Assembly (NCBI RefSeq): GCF_018350175.1
Contig: NC_058368.1
Location: forward strand, 227,604,001 to 227,668,000
Reading direction: 5' to 3'
Origin: Felis catus
Taxonomy: Eukaryota
Length of the DNA stretch: 64,000 bases
Shown here piece after piece: positions 61,936 to 64,000 of the stretch. The notes under the pieces were generated by a model. The model did not search any database. It saw only the letters and a list, made by a program, of their open reading frames with translations, and was not told the origin of the DNA. Every line of letters begins with the position of its first letter. The first letter of the stretch is position 1. A program made the position numbers and the translations under genes.

Positions 61936-64000
61936 AGCGGTGGAGGCATTAATAAAGCTAAGAAGTGTTTTTAAAAGGGAAATTGGAGATCTTGTAAGCA
62001 CATGCCAGCCTGAAAGAAACCCCTGATAGTAGACACCAGCCCTAAATTCTCCACTACTAATTTATTTTAAAAGAGAAAACACTACATCTTATGTTTCAAA
62101 ACAATCACACAGCAAGATGGCAGCCTCGTGTACAGGAGCAAGCATCCACTAACTGTAGCCAATCAGAAATTTAGGGCATATGCTAAAAACGTGGAAGCAT
62201 TCTGTGTATTCACATGCTAAGGACCAGGTATCCGCAAAAGAGGACCATGAGTTCAGAAGCGACCAGGGAATCGGGAGAATGCACCTGATAATCTGCAGAA
62301 AATCTTGCCCAAATGTAATGTCTCCTGCTTTCCTAAATGTTACACTTCCTGATCCTGGAAGACGAGATGATTCCACGGCACATATAAAGTTGTTGACAGA
62401 ATCGGCTTCATGGAGAACACGATCACGACAGGCTACACCTTCGGAAGGCGATCTGAATCTCGGGAGGTAAGCACACGGGAGGGAAGGCAGTGTAAGCTCG
62501 CAGGACAGACACCCGTGGGAAGACGCCGTGCCAGAGATTTACTAATCGCATCCAAGACATCTGTGCTCCCCAAACCGGCTTCTTCCTTGAACCAGAGTTT
62601 TCTGGGCTTGACTGGCTGTTGTAATCACAGCTTCTGAAATCTAAAAAGGCATGCTAACTTGAATACCCACTTAGAAGGTAAAAGAGAAAACGCCTGCCAA
62701 AGAGCATCTCCCTTTGCACAGTCATCTTCAGAGAGCTTCGTATGGAAAGCGTGGATTTCTTCTTTAAAGCTCCTGCGTGAAGATGAGCTGCGACGTGCTG
62801 CACGCGCCACCCTGGAAATGCGTCGGCAAGAAGAAATACCTACTCACGATCGCTGTACAACCGGAGGAGGAGTGGATCTTCACATCAGTAGAGAGGAGGT
62901 TCCAGCCTCTGCCAGAGTGCTGGCAAAACTGATCCTCGTGCCTCTTGCTGTGACCCTGGTGCCTGAAACAAAGCCCCAGCCGAGGGCTCCCGAGGTGGAG
63001 CCTGGTGCCTGCAGACGCTGTGCCAGGCTGTGCAACCCATTTCCACCAAGCTAATCCGACCCTCCTCTCAGGTTCCTCCTTCCCGGAACACCAGAATTGT
63101 TCTCCATAATAAATCTATGTTTAGTATGTTTTAAATGAATTCAACCGTACGACTTTCACCACTTCCTTTTCGGGTCTGGTTACGTTACTTCATTGTATGC
63201 CTCAAGTCAGCGTTTTGAAGAAGTTGACTGTACGAAAAGTGTATTACATAAATTGCTAATTCTAGAGCTCTAAAGACCATTTAGAATTCATCCCACAAAG
63301 GACCCTTCAAAACACGACCCTAAGAACAACGTAGTCAACCTTGAACAAGTACAGAGCAAGTGCAAAAAGGAAGTCTCTTCTCCCTAAACCTCCCCGAATG
63401 GTTTTACTTTTGTGAAAATGTTCCAGAAAGTGAAACATGGCCCCTTGTTAAGCACTAACAATACCTCTGCTCCCATATTTAAGGTGCCTCCAAAGGCCAT
63501 CCTGCCCCCAAAATACATAAATATAAAAATATAAATATAAATAAAAATATAAATATAAACTTAGGTCTCTGCCGTAATCGCTTCTGTTGTAATTTGTTTG
63601 GACAGAAATCCATCAAAGAGGGGAGGGCAGAGAAGAAAAGGTGGTAGAGCTCCCTCCAGGGCCCTCACTCCCAGTGCTGCAGCAAGACCGAGGAGGTAGT
63701 TCCTTGGGAAGAGCCAGAAAGCCTCAATGAATGAAGCTACACACACAACGTGTAGTTCTGCTTCGATACCAAGGCCACCGTCTGTGTGTGTCCAGACCAA
63801 ATCCACTGCACACGGTCTTAACAAAGCCAGGCTCCTTATGGAGCTGTCTCGCAGCCAAGAGGTCTTCTGGCTTCAAATAATAGTAAAAAGCAATCTTTAT
63901 TAACCACGGTGCAGGGGCCAGAAAAAGAAGTCCACCCTATATCTCCAGATCTTATGCACCGCCCCCCCATTTTATTTGTGGCCAGTTCTTAATCACACGG

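Noticed and set aside
62180..62473. Plus-strand ORF ending near a strong donor GAG|GTAAGC (antisense exon?)
   Set aside because: Isolated consensus donors (also near 34295 and 56175) are expected by chance in 64 kb; no supporting exon chain.
53666..64000. Expected upstream TRIO exon (VLDWIENHGEAF...-like)
   Set aside because: No matching sequence found by eye; it probably lies beyond 64000.

Overview
This is mammalian genomic DNA from a cat-family (Felidae/Feliformia) genome, judged from its many SINEC_Fc-type tRNA-derived SINEs and carnivore L1s. The window appears to lie entirely inside one gene, TRIO (triple functional domain Rho-GEF), on the minus strand. I traced 17 consecutive coding exons (2890..53665; 2364 nt, 788 codons). 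All have GT-AG boundaries, and the spliced frame is continuous with no stops. They encode several spectrin repeats and the N-terminal part of the GEF1 (Rac1/RhoG) DH domain, equivalent to about exons 11-27 and aa ~619-1406 of human TRIO (numbering recalled from memory). The rest is intronic: about 20 SINECs (several nested or inverted), L1 fragments, L2, MIR, MER20, Tigger2-like and MLT elements, microsatellites, a CpG-rich region at exons 12-13 and two good CTCF-motif matches. Nearly all other ORFs in the track are repeat- or GC-driven artefacts. I found no convincing novel gene system. The findings are modest, testable observations about splicing, regulation and retrotransposon history.
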